A stretch of DNA of 59,955 nucleotides, filler included. It is 6 parts of 6 records of this genome, joined end to end, with 100 filler letters (N's around TTAATTAATTAA, not from the genome) between each part and the next. Parts side by side here need not be neighbours in the genome. Positions count along the whole stretch, not along the records: positions 38,957 to 46,682 come from SRR20825019_673; positions 46,783 to 53,028 come from SRR20825019_675; positions 53,129 to 59,955 come from SRR20825019_680; 3 more parts are not named here. One strand, written 5' to 3'. Shown piece by piece: positions 45,074-53,650 of this stretch. The notes below the pieces were generated by a model, which was not told the DNA's origin, did not search any database, and saw nothing but the letters and a program-made list of their open reading frames with translations. The position numbers and the translations under genes are program-made. Each line of letters opens with the position of its first letter. Within the stretch, counting starts at the first letter, position 1.

Positions 45074-45706
45074 GTCTTTGAAATTGCACAGATCATTGAC
45101 GATGCAGTCGCCACAACGTGGTTTGCGCGCCTTGCAAATATAACGCCCATGCAAGATCAGCCAATGATGCGCATGGGTCATGAAGCGCGACGGTACTTTT
45201 TTAAGAAGCGCTTTTTCCACCGCCAGCACAGTTTTGCCATTGGCCATCCCCGTGCGGTTGCCCATACGAAAAATATGCGTATCAACCGCCATGGTGTGTT
45301 CGCCCCACGCAATATTGCGGACAACATTGGCCGTCTTGCGCCCGACACCGGGAAGTTCTTCAAGGGCGTCCTGATCGTTGGGCACGACCCCACCATGTTT
45401 TTCGACAAGGATTTTGGCAGCGGCCATAACGTTCTTGGCCTTGCCACGATACAGGCCGATGGTTTTGATGTGACTGATCAGGGCTTCTTCCCCCAGATCA
45501 AGCATGTCTTGCGGGGTTTCAACGATCTGAAACAGCTTTTTGGTTGCTTTGTTAACCCCAACGTCGGTGGCCTGTGCTGAAAGGGCGACGGCGACCAGTA
45601 GCGTATAGGGGTTGGTGTAATCCAACTCACCTTTCGGTTCTGGATCAGCATCCGACAGACGTTGGAAAAATTCTTCGATGGCGGCTTTGTTCATCGGGCG
45701 GGCCAT
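45053..45706 (-). CDS. nth: Endonuclease III
   Basis: LSAQATD, HhH LPGVGRKTANV, VDTH, CKARKPRCGDCIVNDLC Fe-S motif. Confidence 0.96.
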   Translation of the reverse strand: MARPMNKAAIEEFFQRLSDADPEPKGELDYTNPYTLLVAVALSAQATDVGVNKATKKLFQIVETPQDMLDLGEEALISHIKTIGLYRGKAKNVMAAAKILVEKHGGVVPNDQDALEELPGVGRKTANVVRNIAWGEHTMAVDTHIFRMGNRTGMANGKTVLAVEKALLKKVPSRFMTHAHHWLILHGRYICKARKPRCGDCIVNDLCNFKDKTPAEA

Positions 45707-45903
45707 GGACAGCAAACTCTTTTTTAAATGTGCCGCTTTTGCGGTCAATTTGGGGACGGGCATTTGTCAAAGTTGCCGCGTCCCTGATCCGATCTCCTGA
45801 GATGACATTATATAAACACCAGATGCCCGAAAATCGAATTTTGATTGCAGTCGCACCAATGCCGGGCGCAAAATAAGACCATCACAGCAACAGGTGACGT
45901 TTT

Positions 45904-46404
45904 TTGGCAGCAGTCCCACGCAGTGCAAAGCCGATCTTTCGGGTGGACTTGTTTCCGCCCCGGTCTTTGTCGCGCCGGGCGGCGCGCAACATTGTGCTGT
46001 TGGTTCTGGTACTTACCACGTCAATCGGGTTGATTTTCTGGTCTGTCGGGGCTTGGCCAGTGATTGGGTTTCTTGGCATCGATGTGATTTTGCTGTCACT
46101 GGCATTTTATTTTAGTTTTCGGGCAGCGCGCGAAGAAGAGCGGATCGAACTTCATCCGGGTATTTTGCGGGTGACCCGAATTCCGGTGCGTGGCATGCGG
46201 CAGCAATTTGATTTTCAGCCCTATTGGCTGCGCGTGGTTTTAAAACGTGGCGAAGATGACCAATGCAGTCTTTTTTTGCAAACACATGGCAAAAGTCTCG
46301 AAATAGCGGGGTTTTTGGGGGCTGATGAAAAGACCGATCTGGCAGAACAACTTGAACGGGTTTTACGTCAAACCCGCTGTAATCCGGCGGATTTCCCGAT
46401 CTAG
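45904..46404 (+). CDS. DUF2244 membrane protein
   Basis: PPRSLS, GAWPVIGFLGIDV, FQPYWLRV, EIAGFL. Confidence 0.88.
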   Translation: MAAVPRSAKPIFRVDLFPPRSLSRRAARNIVLLVLVLTTSIGLIFWSVGAWPVIGFLGIDVILLSLAFYFSFRAAREEERIELHPGILRVTRIPVRGMRQQFDFQPYWLRVVLKRGEDDQCSLFLQTHGKSLEIAGFLGADEKTDLAEQLERVLRQTRCNPADFPI

Positions 46405-46682
46405 GCAAGGCGACTTGAAAGATTCGCAACTCGGATATGATGGATTTGAAAAGCTGAATTTTGACAGTTGAAAACAGGCTTTGTTCGCCAGATTTGCGTG
46501 TCTAAAGCAGTGATATTGCCCGCGATTGGATAAAAAACACCGTTTGAAACCCAAAAACACCCAAGATTCCCCACTTTGACCGCTTGCGACTTTGTGGGGA
46601 CTTTCATATATAGGTGCGCGGGGTGATGAAGAGACCCCAGAAAATTTACGTGTATTACAACCATTGGTCCCAGGAGGTCCTG

Positions 46683-46782
46683 NNNNNNNNNNNNNNNNNN
46701 NNNNNNNNNNNNNNNNNNNNNNNNNNTTAATTAATTAANNNNNNNNNNNNNNNNNNNNNNNNNNNNNNNNNNNNNNNNNNNN
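46683..46782. other. Artificial contig spacer
   Basis: N-run with TTAATTAATTAA. Confidence 0.99.
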
Positions 46783-47311
46783 CGTCGAGGTCAGCGGCGA
46801 CATGGAGATCGACACCTTCGACGCGCTCCACCCCGTCTATCTCCTGCAGCGTGGCGCCGGCGGCCGCGTCCAGGGCTGCGTGCGGCTGTTGCCGACGATT
46901 GGCCCGACCATGCTGACGGAGACCTTCGCCGCGCTGCTGGCCGGGGCGCCGGCGCCGTCGGACCCGGCCGTGTGGGAGAGCAGCCGCTTCGCGCTCGACG
47001 TCGAACGCGACGGCCCTGAAGGCGCGCATGGCGTCGCCCGGGCGACCTTCGAGCTCTTCGCGGGCATGATCGAGTTCGGGCTGTCCCGCGGCCTCTCCGA
47101 CATCGTCACCGTCACCGACGTCGCCATGGAACGGATCCTGCGGCGCGCGGGCTGGCCCCTGCGGCGCATCGCGGCGCCACGGTCGTTCGCCGGCACGCGA
47201 TCGGTCGCCGGCTATCTCGAGGTCTCCCCGGCCGGCCTCGCCAACGTGCGACGGCGCGGCGACCTTACGGGCCCGGTGCTCTGGGCGCCGGTCGCGTCCG
47301 CCGCCGCGTGA
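46783..47311 (+). CDS. traI: Acyl-homoserine-lactone synthase (LuxI/TraI), 5' partial
   Basis: EIDTFD, GCVRLLPT.GPTML...F, VWESSRF, IVTVTD. Confidence 0.93.
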
Positions 47312-47419
47312 GCTCGGCCCGGCGCTCGGAATCAGGCACTGGGGAGGAGATCGCAGAAAACGGGGGATATCGGGGGCAGGCGACGGTCTTCTCCCGCGCT
47401 CGACGCGGAGCCTGCCGGT

Positions 47420-48239
47420 ATGGTCAAGCCGCCGAACAGCAGCCCCGGTGCGGATTGGCGCCGATGCGCGGCCTACGACTACACCGCCGCCTTGCCGCGG
47501 CGGGGGTGGGCGTGGGAGTTCCTGCGCCGCGACGCGGCCTACCGGCGCGCCTGGTCCGAGGCCTCGGCGGCCGTCGCGATCGAACGGCCCGCGCCGAACC
47601 TGACAATCATGACGGCGCGGACGGAGCTGCCCGAGCTGGCCAACTGGTGCCTGTTTTTTCGCCGATGCGCCCGAGCGGACGGCGACCGAGGCCGTCGTCT
47701 TCTGGGATTCGCGCGCGTGTCCGCACGTGCTGCCGATCCGCGCGCTTCCCGCCGCCGTGCAGGGCGATAGCGGCCGCTTCAGCTTGTCGGAGGTCCCGTG
47801 CCGGGCGGCGCTCCTCCGGATGCCCGACGGGCGGCAGCACCTTCTCTTTTCGGAATCCGGCTGCGCGCTTCAACTCGACATCCGGGGTACAAGCCTGTCC
47901 GAGCCGGTGCGCCTGCTGACCGATGCCGTTCTCCCGGCCGTGCATCTCCGCGCCCGTCTCGCTACGCTCGAAGGCCTCGCCAATATCGTTGGGCGCGGCC
48001 GATTTCCAGACTATCGAATGATCGAGCCGCGCGGGCGGCGGCTCCGCGTGGTGCTGCAGGCGCTGGACGGCTGGCTCGCCGGCGCACCCTATCGCGAGAT
48101 CGCCGTGGCGCTCTTCGGCGAGGCGCGCGTCGAGGCCGACTGGCGCGATCCGCGCGACCACTTGCGCGACCAGGTGCGTCGCGCCGTCCGCCGCGGACGG
48201 GAGCTCATGCGCGGCGGATACCGCAAGCTCCTCCGCTGA
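47420..48239 (+). CDS. fseA: FseA-like activator: DUF6499 ORF (47420-47770) joined by +1 frameshift at 47654-47660 to DUF2285 ORF
   Basis: AWEFLRR motif in ORF1; TGG.TGC.CTG.TTT.TTT.CGC site; +1 frame open to LQALDG..AGAPYREIA..LFG...GGYRKLL. Confidence 0.85.
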
Positions 48240-48247
48240 GGCGCCGC

Positions 48248-48535
48248 TCAGGCGTCTTCGAGTAGTTGCCTGTAGCCGGATCGCGTCATCCAGTGCGCCC
48301 GCGCGAGGTGGTCTTCCCAACAGCGGCGGGCGGCGGCGTCGGTATCCGGGTCCCGTCCGAGCACCAAGCGCGAGACCTCCCGCCAGTCGGCCCCGTCCGC
48401 CTCGGCATCCAACAGCCGCAGGTAGGTCACGAAATGGGATTCGTCGTAGGGCGTGATCCGCTCCGCCCAAGGGACTTGGTCGGCGGCTTTCGGCGCCTGA
48501 TTATCCGTCGGCATCGTGCGGAATTCCTCTGCCAT
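48248..48535 (-). CDS. qseM: QseM-like antiactivator (DUF2285)
   Basis: VPW...ITPYD..HF.TYLRLLDA.ADGADWREV...HLARAHWMT..GYR.LL; convergent with fseA. Confidence 0.9.
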   Translation of the reverse strand: MAEEFRTMPTDNQAPKAADQVPWAERITPYDESHFVTYLRLLDAEADGADWREVSRLVLGRDPDTDAAARRCWEDHLARAHWMTRSGYRQLLEDA

Positions 48536-48610
48536 TGTTGCTGCCCGCGTCGCCGCTCGCGTCTCGGCTGTAAAGCCCGCAACAGGCTTGCAACGCCGAC
48601 ATCTCGCCGA

Positions 48611-48645
48611 TTGTTGAAAATACTCCGTGGTGAAATACTCAACAA
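48611..48645. promoter_or_regulatory. Tandem QseC/C-protein-type operators
   Basis: TTGTTGA...TCAACAA inverted ends enclosing AAATACTC direct repeats 15 bp apart, between divergent qseM and qseC. Confidence 0.65.
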
Positions 48646-48663
48646 GCCGGTGCTCTCTCGTCC

Positions 48664-48900
48664 ATGGAAATACGAGAGGTGCTGGCGCTCAATCTGCGAA
48701 AATACCGGCAGGCCCAGGGCCTGTCGCAGGAAGAACTCGCCGACCGCGCGGACATCGACCGCACCTATATCAGCGCCTTGGAGCGCAGCGTTTACGCCGC
48801 CAGCATCGAGGTGGTGGACAGGCTCGCCCAGGGTCTTGGCGTGGAGGCAGCGGATCTCCTGCGCCGGCCCGCCACATCCGCGAAAGAGCCTCAACTCTGA
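48664..48900 (+). CDS. qseC: QseC-like XRE/HTH control protein
   Basis: LALNLRKYRQAQGLSQEELADRADIDRTYISALER; divergent from qseM; no SD visible. Confidence 0.85.
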   Translation: MEIREVLALNLRKYRQAQGLSQEELADRADIDRTYISALERSVYAASIEVVDRLAQGLGVEAADLLRRPATSAKEPQL

Positions 48901-49112
48901 GGCGCTGTTCCTCGCTCCCCGAGTTCATCGATTTCGGCTCTTGGTTCTCCGATTAGGGCGCCCGCCCGGCCTCGCGGCCGCTCGCCGGGCTCTCGTGAAC
49001 CGAGCCGCCTGACGGCGTCTCGGCCCTTCGGGCTTCGATCCCTGGCGCGATAGGCAGCCCTGCGGGCTGCCCGACGGCCGCCGCCCTTGCGGGCGGCGAA
49101 CTTGTTTCTGTT

Positions 49113-49288
49113 GCCTTTCCCGGTGGCGCGGAGTGGGCGGCGCTCCCTTCTAGGCCCGCCGCGGCGTCCCGCAACCCTCCGCTGCGCTCCGGGTCCTCCA
49201 CTCCGTTCCGGCCCTCCGGGTGCGGTCCGCCTCTTCGGCGGGCCTGTCCGGTCGCATCTCGCCGCCCACCCCGCTTCCGGGGAAAGGC
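49113..49288. promoter_or_regulatory. Long fold-back element upstream of ardC (candidate ssDNA promoter)
   Basis: GCCTTTCCCGG/CCGGGGAAAGGC, GTGGGCGGCG/CGCCGCCCAC and AGGCCCGCCG/CGGCGGGCCT nested inverted repeats. Confidence 0.6.
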
Positions 49289-49317
49289 GCGCGAGGTTTT
49301 GCGAGCGGAGGTTTGCC

Positions 49318-50223
49318 ATGCCGGAGCGCAAGCGGGAGACGGTCTATCAGGAGGTCACCGACCGGATCATTGCCGAGCTTGAGGCCGGGCGGGTGCCATG
49401 GGTCCAGCCCTGGGGCAAGGCCAAGGCCGGGGTCGGCCTACCCCGGAACGCGGCGACGGAGCGCAGCTATTCCGGGATCAACATCCTGATCCTGTGGGGC
49501 GCGGTCATCGAGAAGGGATACGCCGCGCAGCACTGGCTGACCTTCCGCCAAGCCCTTGCCTTGGGCGGGCACGTGCGCAAGGGCGAGCGCGGCACCACCG
49601 TCGTCTACGCCGACCGTTTCATCCCCAAGGACGAGCGGAAGCGCGCGGCGGAGACGGGCGACGAGCCGCAGGCGGTGCCCTTCCTCAAACGCTTCACCGT
49701 GTTCAACGTCGCGCAGTGCGAGGACCTGCCCGAGCGTGTCCATGGCGGGGCGGCACCGCTGCCCGAGCGCGAGACCGTCCCGCACGCCGAGGCGCTGATT
49801 GCCGCGACCGGTGCCGATTTCCGCATCGGCGGCGAGCGCGCCTTCTACGTGCCGAGCGCGGACTTCATACAGGTACCGCCGCAGCCCGCCTTTTTCGAAC
49901 AGATCAACTACTACCGGACGTGCTTTCACGAGCTCGGCCACTGGACCGGGCACGCCTCCCGGCTCGCCCGCGACCTGTCGGGCTCGTTCGGCTGCAAGGC
50001 CTACGCCCGCGAGGAACTGGTCGCCGAGATGGCGAGCGCGTTCGTCTGCGCCAGCCTCGCCATCGCGCCCACCGTGCGCCATGCCGACTACATCGGCTCA
50101 TGGCTCGAGGTCTTGCGCGAGGACAACCGCGCCATCTTCCGCGCCGCGAGCCACGCCTCCAAGGCCGCCGATTATCTGTTGGCTTTCCGTGAGACGGCGG
50201 GCGCGGCGGGAGCGGCGGCATGA
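49318..50223 (+). CDS. ardC: ArdC antirestriction ssDNA-binding protein (DUF1738 + zincin-like)
   Basis: YQEVTDRIIAELEAG.VPW.QPW, YSGIN, WLTFRQA, FTVFNV.Q, HELGHWTGH..RL.R, YAREELVAE, HADYI.SWL. Confidence 0.95.
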   Translation: MPERKRETVYQEVTDRIIAELEAGRVPWVQPWGKAKAGVGLPRNAATERSYSGINILILWGAVIEKGYAAQHWLTFRQALALGGHVRKGERGTTVVYADRFIPKDERKRAAETGDEPQAVPFLKRFTVFNVAQCEDLPERVHGGAAPLPERETVPHAEALIAATGADFRIGGERAFYVPSADFIQVPPQPAFFEQINYYRTCFHELGHWTGHASRLARDLSGSFGCKAYAREELVAEMASAFVCASLAIAPTVRHADYIGSWLEVLREDNRAIFRAASHASKAADYLLAFRETAGAAGAAA

Positions 50224-50423
50224 GCGCGCCCGCTCCCGTGCCACTCGCCAGCGAGCCGACACAAGAGGGCGAGCAGACCCTCGTTCCCGGCGTCCGCCCG
50301 GTCAGCCAGCGCGAACGCATCGAGGCGCGCATGGCCGCGCCGCTCACCCCGCGCGTCCCGCAGAAGCCGTTGAACGTCGGCCTGTTCGACGAGGACGCGC
50401 GCAACCAGCTCGACCTGTTCTGA
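50220..50423 (+). CDS. Small protein ending in beta-clamp-binding motif QLDLF
   Basis: ATGA overlap with ardC stop; 67 aa ending ...GLFDEDARNQLDLF*. Confidence 0.75.
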   Translation: MSAPAPVPLASEPTQEGEQTLVPGVRPVSQRERIEARMAAPLTPRVPQKPLNVGLFDEDARNQLDLF

Positions 50424-50437
50424 CCCGGAGGCCCGCC

Positions 50438-50857
50438 ATGATCCTGATCCCTGACGACATCCGCCAGCGCCTGCTCGCCAACGGCGCCGCCGAGCGCGAG
50501 ACCGACCACGTCCCCGTCGTGAAGCTGTTCGACCCGACCGGCGCGGCCACGTGGCTGATCACCGAGATGATGCCGGACGGCGACAGTCTGTTCGGGCTCT
50601 GCGACCTCGGCTTCGGCTGTCCCGAGCTTGGCTATGTCAGCCTCGCCGAGCTTGAGAGCGTCAAGGGACCGCTCAGGCTCGGCATCGAGCGCGACCTCCA
50701 CTTCGCCGCCCGCTTTCCGCTCTCGGTCTATGCCGAGGCGGCGCGCATCGCGGGCCGCATCACCGAGTCCGAGCGCATGCTGTCGCAGGCCGCCGCCGCG
50801 CTCCGCATCCGCAATCCCGAGCTTCCGCCCGACGGGGCGGGACCGACGCGCCGATAG
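50438..50857 (+). CDS. DUF2958 protein
   Basis: DHVPVVKLFDPTGAATWLITE...LFGLCDLGFGCPELGYVSLAEL...IERDLHF; GGAGG RBS. Confidence 0.9.
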   Translation: MILIPDDIRQRLLANGAAERETDHVPVVKLFDPTGAATWLITEMMPDGDSLFGLCDLGFGCPELGYVSLAELESVKGPLRLGIERDLHFAARFPLSVYAEAARIAGRITESERMLSQAAAALRIRNPELPPDGAGPTRR

Positions 50858-50927
50858 GCGGCGCACGGCCCCCGCCTGCGCGCTGCGAGGGGAGGGGGCC
50901 GCCAACCTCAGACCATGGAGAGTGACT

Positions 50928-52667
50928 ATGCAGTTGCAACACATCCCCCTCGACAAGCTGGACGTCTCGGCGTGCAATATGCGGAACGCCAAGCGCGAGC
51001 CGGACGTCGCTGACATCCTGCCGAGCGTCCGCGCGCGCGGCATCCTGCAGCCGTTGCTGGTGCGGCCCAACGGCGAGCCGGAGCGCTTCGAGATCGTCGC
51101 CGGGCGGCGGCGCTTCTTCGCCGCCAAGGCGGTCGCCGAGGAAGGCGGCGAGGTCGAGCCCGTGCCCTGCGCCGTGATGGAGCCGGGCGACGACGCGGAC
51201 GCGCTCGAAGCCTCGCTGATCGAGAACGCCGCGCGTCTCGACCCCGACGAGATGAGCCAGTACGAGACCTTCGCGCGGCTCACGAGGGAAGGGAAGTCGG
51301 TGGCCGAGATCGCCGAGACCTTCGGCATCACCGAGGTCATGGTGAAGCGCCGCCTCGCCCTCGGGAACCTGATGCCGAGGATCAGGACGGCCTATCGCAA
51401 GGGCGAGATCGACGCCGAGACCGTGCGCCATCTCACCCTGGCCTCGAAGGCGCAGCAGAAGGACTGGCTCGCCCTGTTCGCCGACCCAGAGCAATACGCG
51501 CCGCGCGGCTTCCAGTTGAAGCAGTGGCTGTTCGGCGGCCAGTCGATCCCTACCAGCGCCGCGTTGTTCCCGGTGGAGGACTATCCCGGCCAGATCGTCG
51601 CCGACCTGTTCGGCGAGGACGCCTACTTCGCCGATGCCGACCTGTTCTGGCAGAAGCAGAACGAGGCCATCGCGGCGAAGCGGGACGCGCTTCTGGAAGC
51701 CGGATGGGCGGAGGTCGTCGTGCTGGAGCCCGGCCAATACTTCCATAGCTGGGAGCACGAGAAGACCCCGAAGACGAAGGGCGGCAAGGTGTTCATCGCC
51801 GTCTCGCACCGGGGCGAGGTCGAGGTCCACGAGGGCTGGCTCAGCCGCAAGGAGGTCCGCCGTGCGGCCAAGAAAGCCGCCTCGGCGGACGCGGACGGCG
51901 ACGCGACCGAGGCTGCCACCGTCGCGCGCCCCGAGGCCACCAAGGCGATGCAGAACTACCTCGACCTGCACCGTCACGCCGTGGTCCGCCTCGCGCTCGT
52001 AGCCCACCCGGGCGTGGCGTTGCGGCTCATGGTGGCGCATGCCGTCGCGTCCTCCGGTCACTGGCAGGTGGAGCCCGAGCCGCAGCAGGCCGGCAGTGAC
52101 GCCATCGCCGAGAGCGTCGCGAACAGCCCGGCGCAGCAGGCATTCGACGCCGAGCGGCAGGCAGTGCTGGCCTTGCTCGACCGGCCCGACTATCACCACA
52201 GCGTGACCCAGCCGGGCTACGACGCTTATCCCACGGCGGTCGTATTCGCCAAGCTGCTGGCGCTGTCCGATGACGACGTGTTGCGTATTGCCGCCTGCGT
52301 CATGGCCGAAACGATGGCGGCGGGGAGCGCTGTGGTCGAGGCGGTCGGCAACCACTTGGGCGTGGACGCGGGGCAGCACTGGCAGCCCGATGACGCGTTC
52401 TTCGACATGATCCGCGACAAGGCCGTGCTCAACGCCATGCTGGCCGAGGTCGCGGGCAAGCGGTGTGCCGACGCCAACGTCGCGGAGAAAGCGAAGACGC
52501 AGAAGAAGATCATCCGCGACTGCCTCGACGGCGCGAACGGCCGCGCCAAGGTCGAGGGCTGGCTGCCCGGCTGGCTAGCGTTCCCCGTGCGGGCGTACAC
52601 TGAGAACGGCAGTCTCAAGACGGCCGACGAATGGGCGCGCGTCCGCAACCTGTTCGATGCCGCGTGA
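50928..52667 (+). CDS. Long ParB/RepB/Spo0J-like protein of conjugative elements
   Basis: GILQPLLVRP, EIVAGRRRF, ASLIEN, HTH, C-terminal WLPGWLAFP. Confidence 0.9.
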   Translation: MQLQHIPLDKLDVSACNMRNAKREPDVADILPSVRARGILQPLLVRPNGEPERFEIVAGRRRFFAAKAVAEEGGEVEPVPCAVMEPGDDADALEASLIENAARLDPDEMSQYETFARLTREGKSVAEIAETFGITEVMVKRRLALGNLMPRIRTAYRKGEIDAETVRHLTLASKAQQKDWLALFADPEQYAPRGFQLKQWLFGGQSIPTSAALFPVEDYPGQIVADLFGEDAYFADADLFWQKQNEAIAAKRDALLEAGWAEVVVLEPGQYFHSWEHEKTPKTKGGKVFIAVSHRGEVEVHEGWLSRKEVRRAAKKAASADADGDATEAATVARPEATKAMQNYLDLHRHAVVRLALVAHPGVALRLMVAHAVASSGHWQVEPEPQQAGSDAIAESVANSPAQQAFDAERQAVLALLDRPDYHHSVTQPGYDAYPTAVVFAKLLALSDDDVLRIAACVMAETMAAGSAVVEAVGNHLGVDAGQHWQPDDAFFDMIRDKAVLNAMLAEVAGKRCADANVAEKAKTQKKIIRDCLDGANGRAKVEGWLPGWLAFPVRAYTENGSLKTADEWARVRNLFDAA

Positions 52668-52675
52668 TCCGTCGC

Positions 52676-52701
52676 GGGCGGCGGCCCGACGGCCGCCGCC
52701 C
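52676..52701. terminator. GC-rich hairpin between convergent genes
   Basis: GGGCGGCGGCC-CGAC-GGCCGCCGCCC. Confidence 0.6.
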
Positions 52702-52709
52702 GCTCTCGT

Positions 52710-53028
52710 TCATGCTCCCGCTTCCGCTTCAGACGGAAGGCCGGCGAGCCAAGCGTTCAGCCTCGCGCTCGCGTCACGGACGTCGTCGAGTATTCTCCGG
52801 GCTGACTGGCCGCCGTCGGCGTAGATCGTCCGGGTCTCCACGTCGCGCAAGGCGCGGCCGATCGCTGTCAACTCCTCGATCCGCTGATCGTCCCCGAGCC
52901 CGACGCCGAAGGTTGCGGCCTTGAGCAGCACCAGTCCGATCTCTCCGGCCGACGACTGGATGCCGTCGAGCCGTCCCTGATCGTCCATTTCCTGGAGCCG
53001 CGCCGCGAGGCTCGCGAGCTTTCGCGCG
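52710..53028 (-). CDS. Hypothetical protein, C-terminal fragment
   Basis: Frame is open from contig edge (ARKLASLAARLQEMDDQ...EAEAGA*). Confidence 0.6.
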
Positions 53029-53128
53029 NNNNNNNNNNNNNNNNNNNNNNNNNNNNNNNNNNNNNNNNNNNNTTAATTAATTAANNNNNNNNNNNNNNNN
53101 NNNNNNNNNNNNNNNNNNNNNNNNNNNN
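53029..53128. other. Artificial contig spacer
   Basis: N-run with TTAATTAATTAA. Confidence 0.99.
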
Positions 53129-53438
53129 GGTGGTAAAGGCATTGAACTTCAGCGACGAAGAGCGTGCACGCACGCGTGTAATGCTGATTGACTCGCAAAA
53201 TCGCATCATCGCGGCGTCCGATAATCAGGGCGTCTTGAGCGAGCAGATCCGGTTGGAGGTCAAGGACCCCAATCGTGGTTCCTATCTGTTGGCGGATGGG
53301 TCACTGGTCGCTTATGCGCTAACGCCCGGTTATGAGACATATAAGGGGCTTGGTTGGCGCGGGGTGATTGTTCAACAGCCCCGAAATGCCACCAAAGCAG
53401 TTGATAAGCCGGGGGCAAAGCTTTCAATGGCGTCATAG
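53129..53438 (+). CDS. C-terminal Cache-like sensor region of a probable chemotaxis/signalling protein (partial)
   Basis: RVMLIDSQNRIIAASD...YALTPGYETYKGLGWRGVIVQ. Confidence 0.55.
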
Positions 53439-53482
53439 GGGCGGTCGGCAGCAAAGCCAGACCAAGTAAAGCATAGCAACCA

Positions 53483-53515
53483 GAAAAGCGGGCACCGTCG
53501 GGGCTCGCTTTTTTG
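53483..53515 (+). terminator. Intrinsic terminator
   Basis: AAAAGCGGGCACCG-T-CGGGGCTCGCTTTTTT. Confidence 0.7.
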
Positions 53516-53606
53516 CTTATGCGCCTGGTGTTCGTGAAACATCCTAAAATTGGTTCCTGCTTGCGCAGGCTGGAAAAAGGAGATAGCGGTAAAATATAAT
53601 ATCACG

Positions 53607-53626
53607 ACAATTCATCGATGAATTGT
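53607..53626. promoter_or_regulatory. Perfect 20-bp palindrome, candidate operator
   Basis: ACAATTCATCGATGAATTGT 24 bp upstream of the TTG start at 53651. Confidence 0.55.
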
Positions 53627-53650
53627 TAAAATAAGCCGCGGGAGGTTACC

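Larger units (their letters stand above)
46783..53028. mobile_element. Fragment of an alphaproteobacterial ICE/conjugative element (QS-FseA-QseM-QseC control region plus leading region)
   Basis: Gene set traI, msi172/msi171-like, qseM, qseC, ardC, DUF2958, ParB-like. Confidence 0.85.

Noticed and set aside
49398..52379. Long alternative-frame and antisense ORFs (264, 352, 478, 539 aa) in the ICE contig
   Set aside because: Shadow ORFs expected at very high GC over well-supported genes; Arg/Pro/Ala-rich with no motifs
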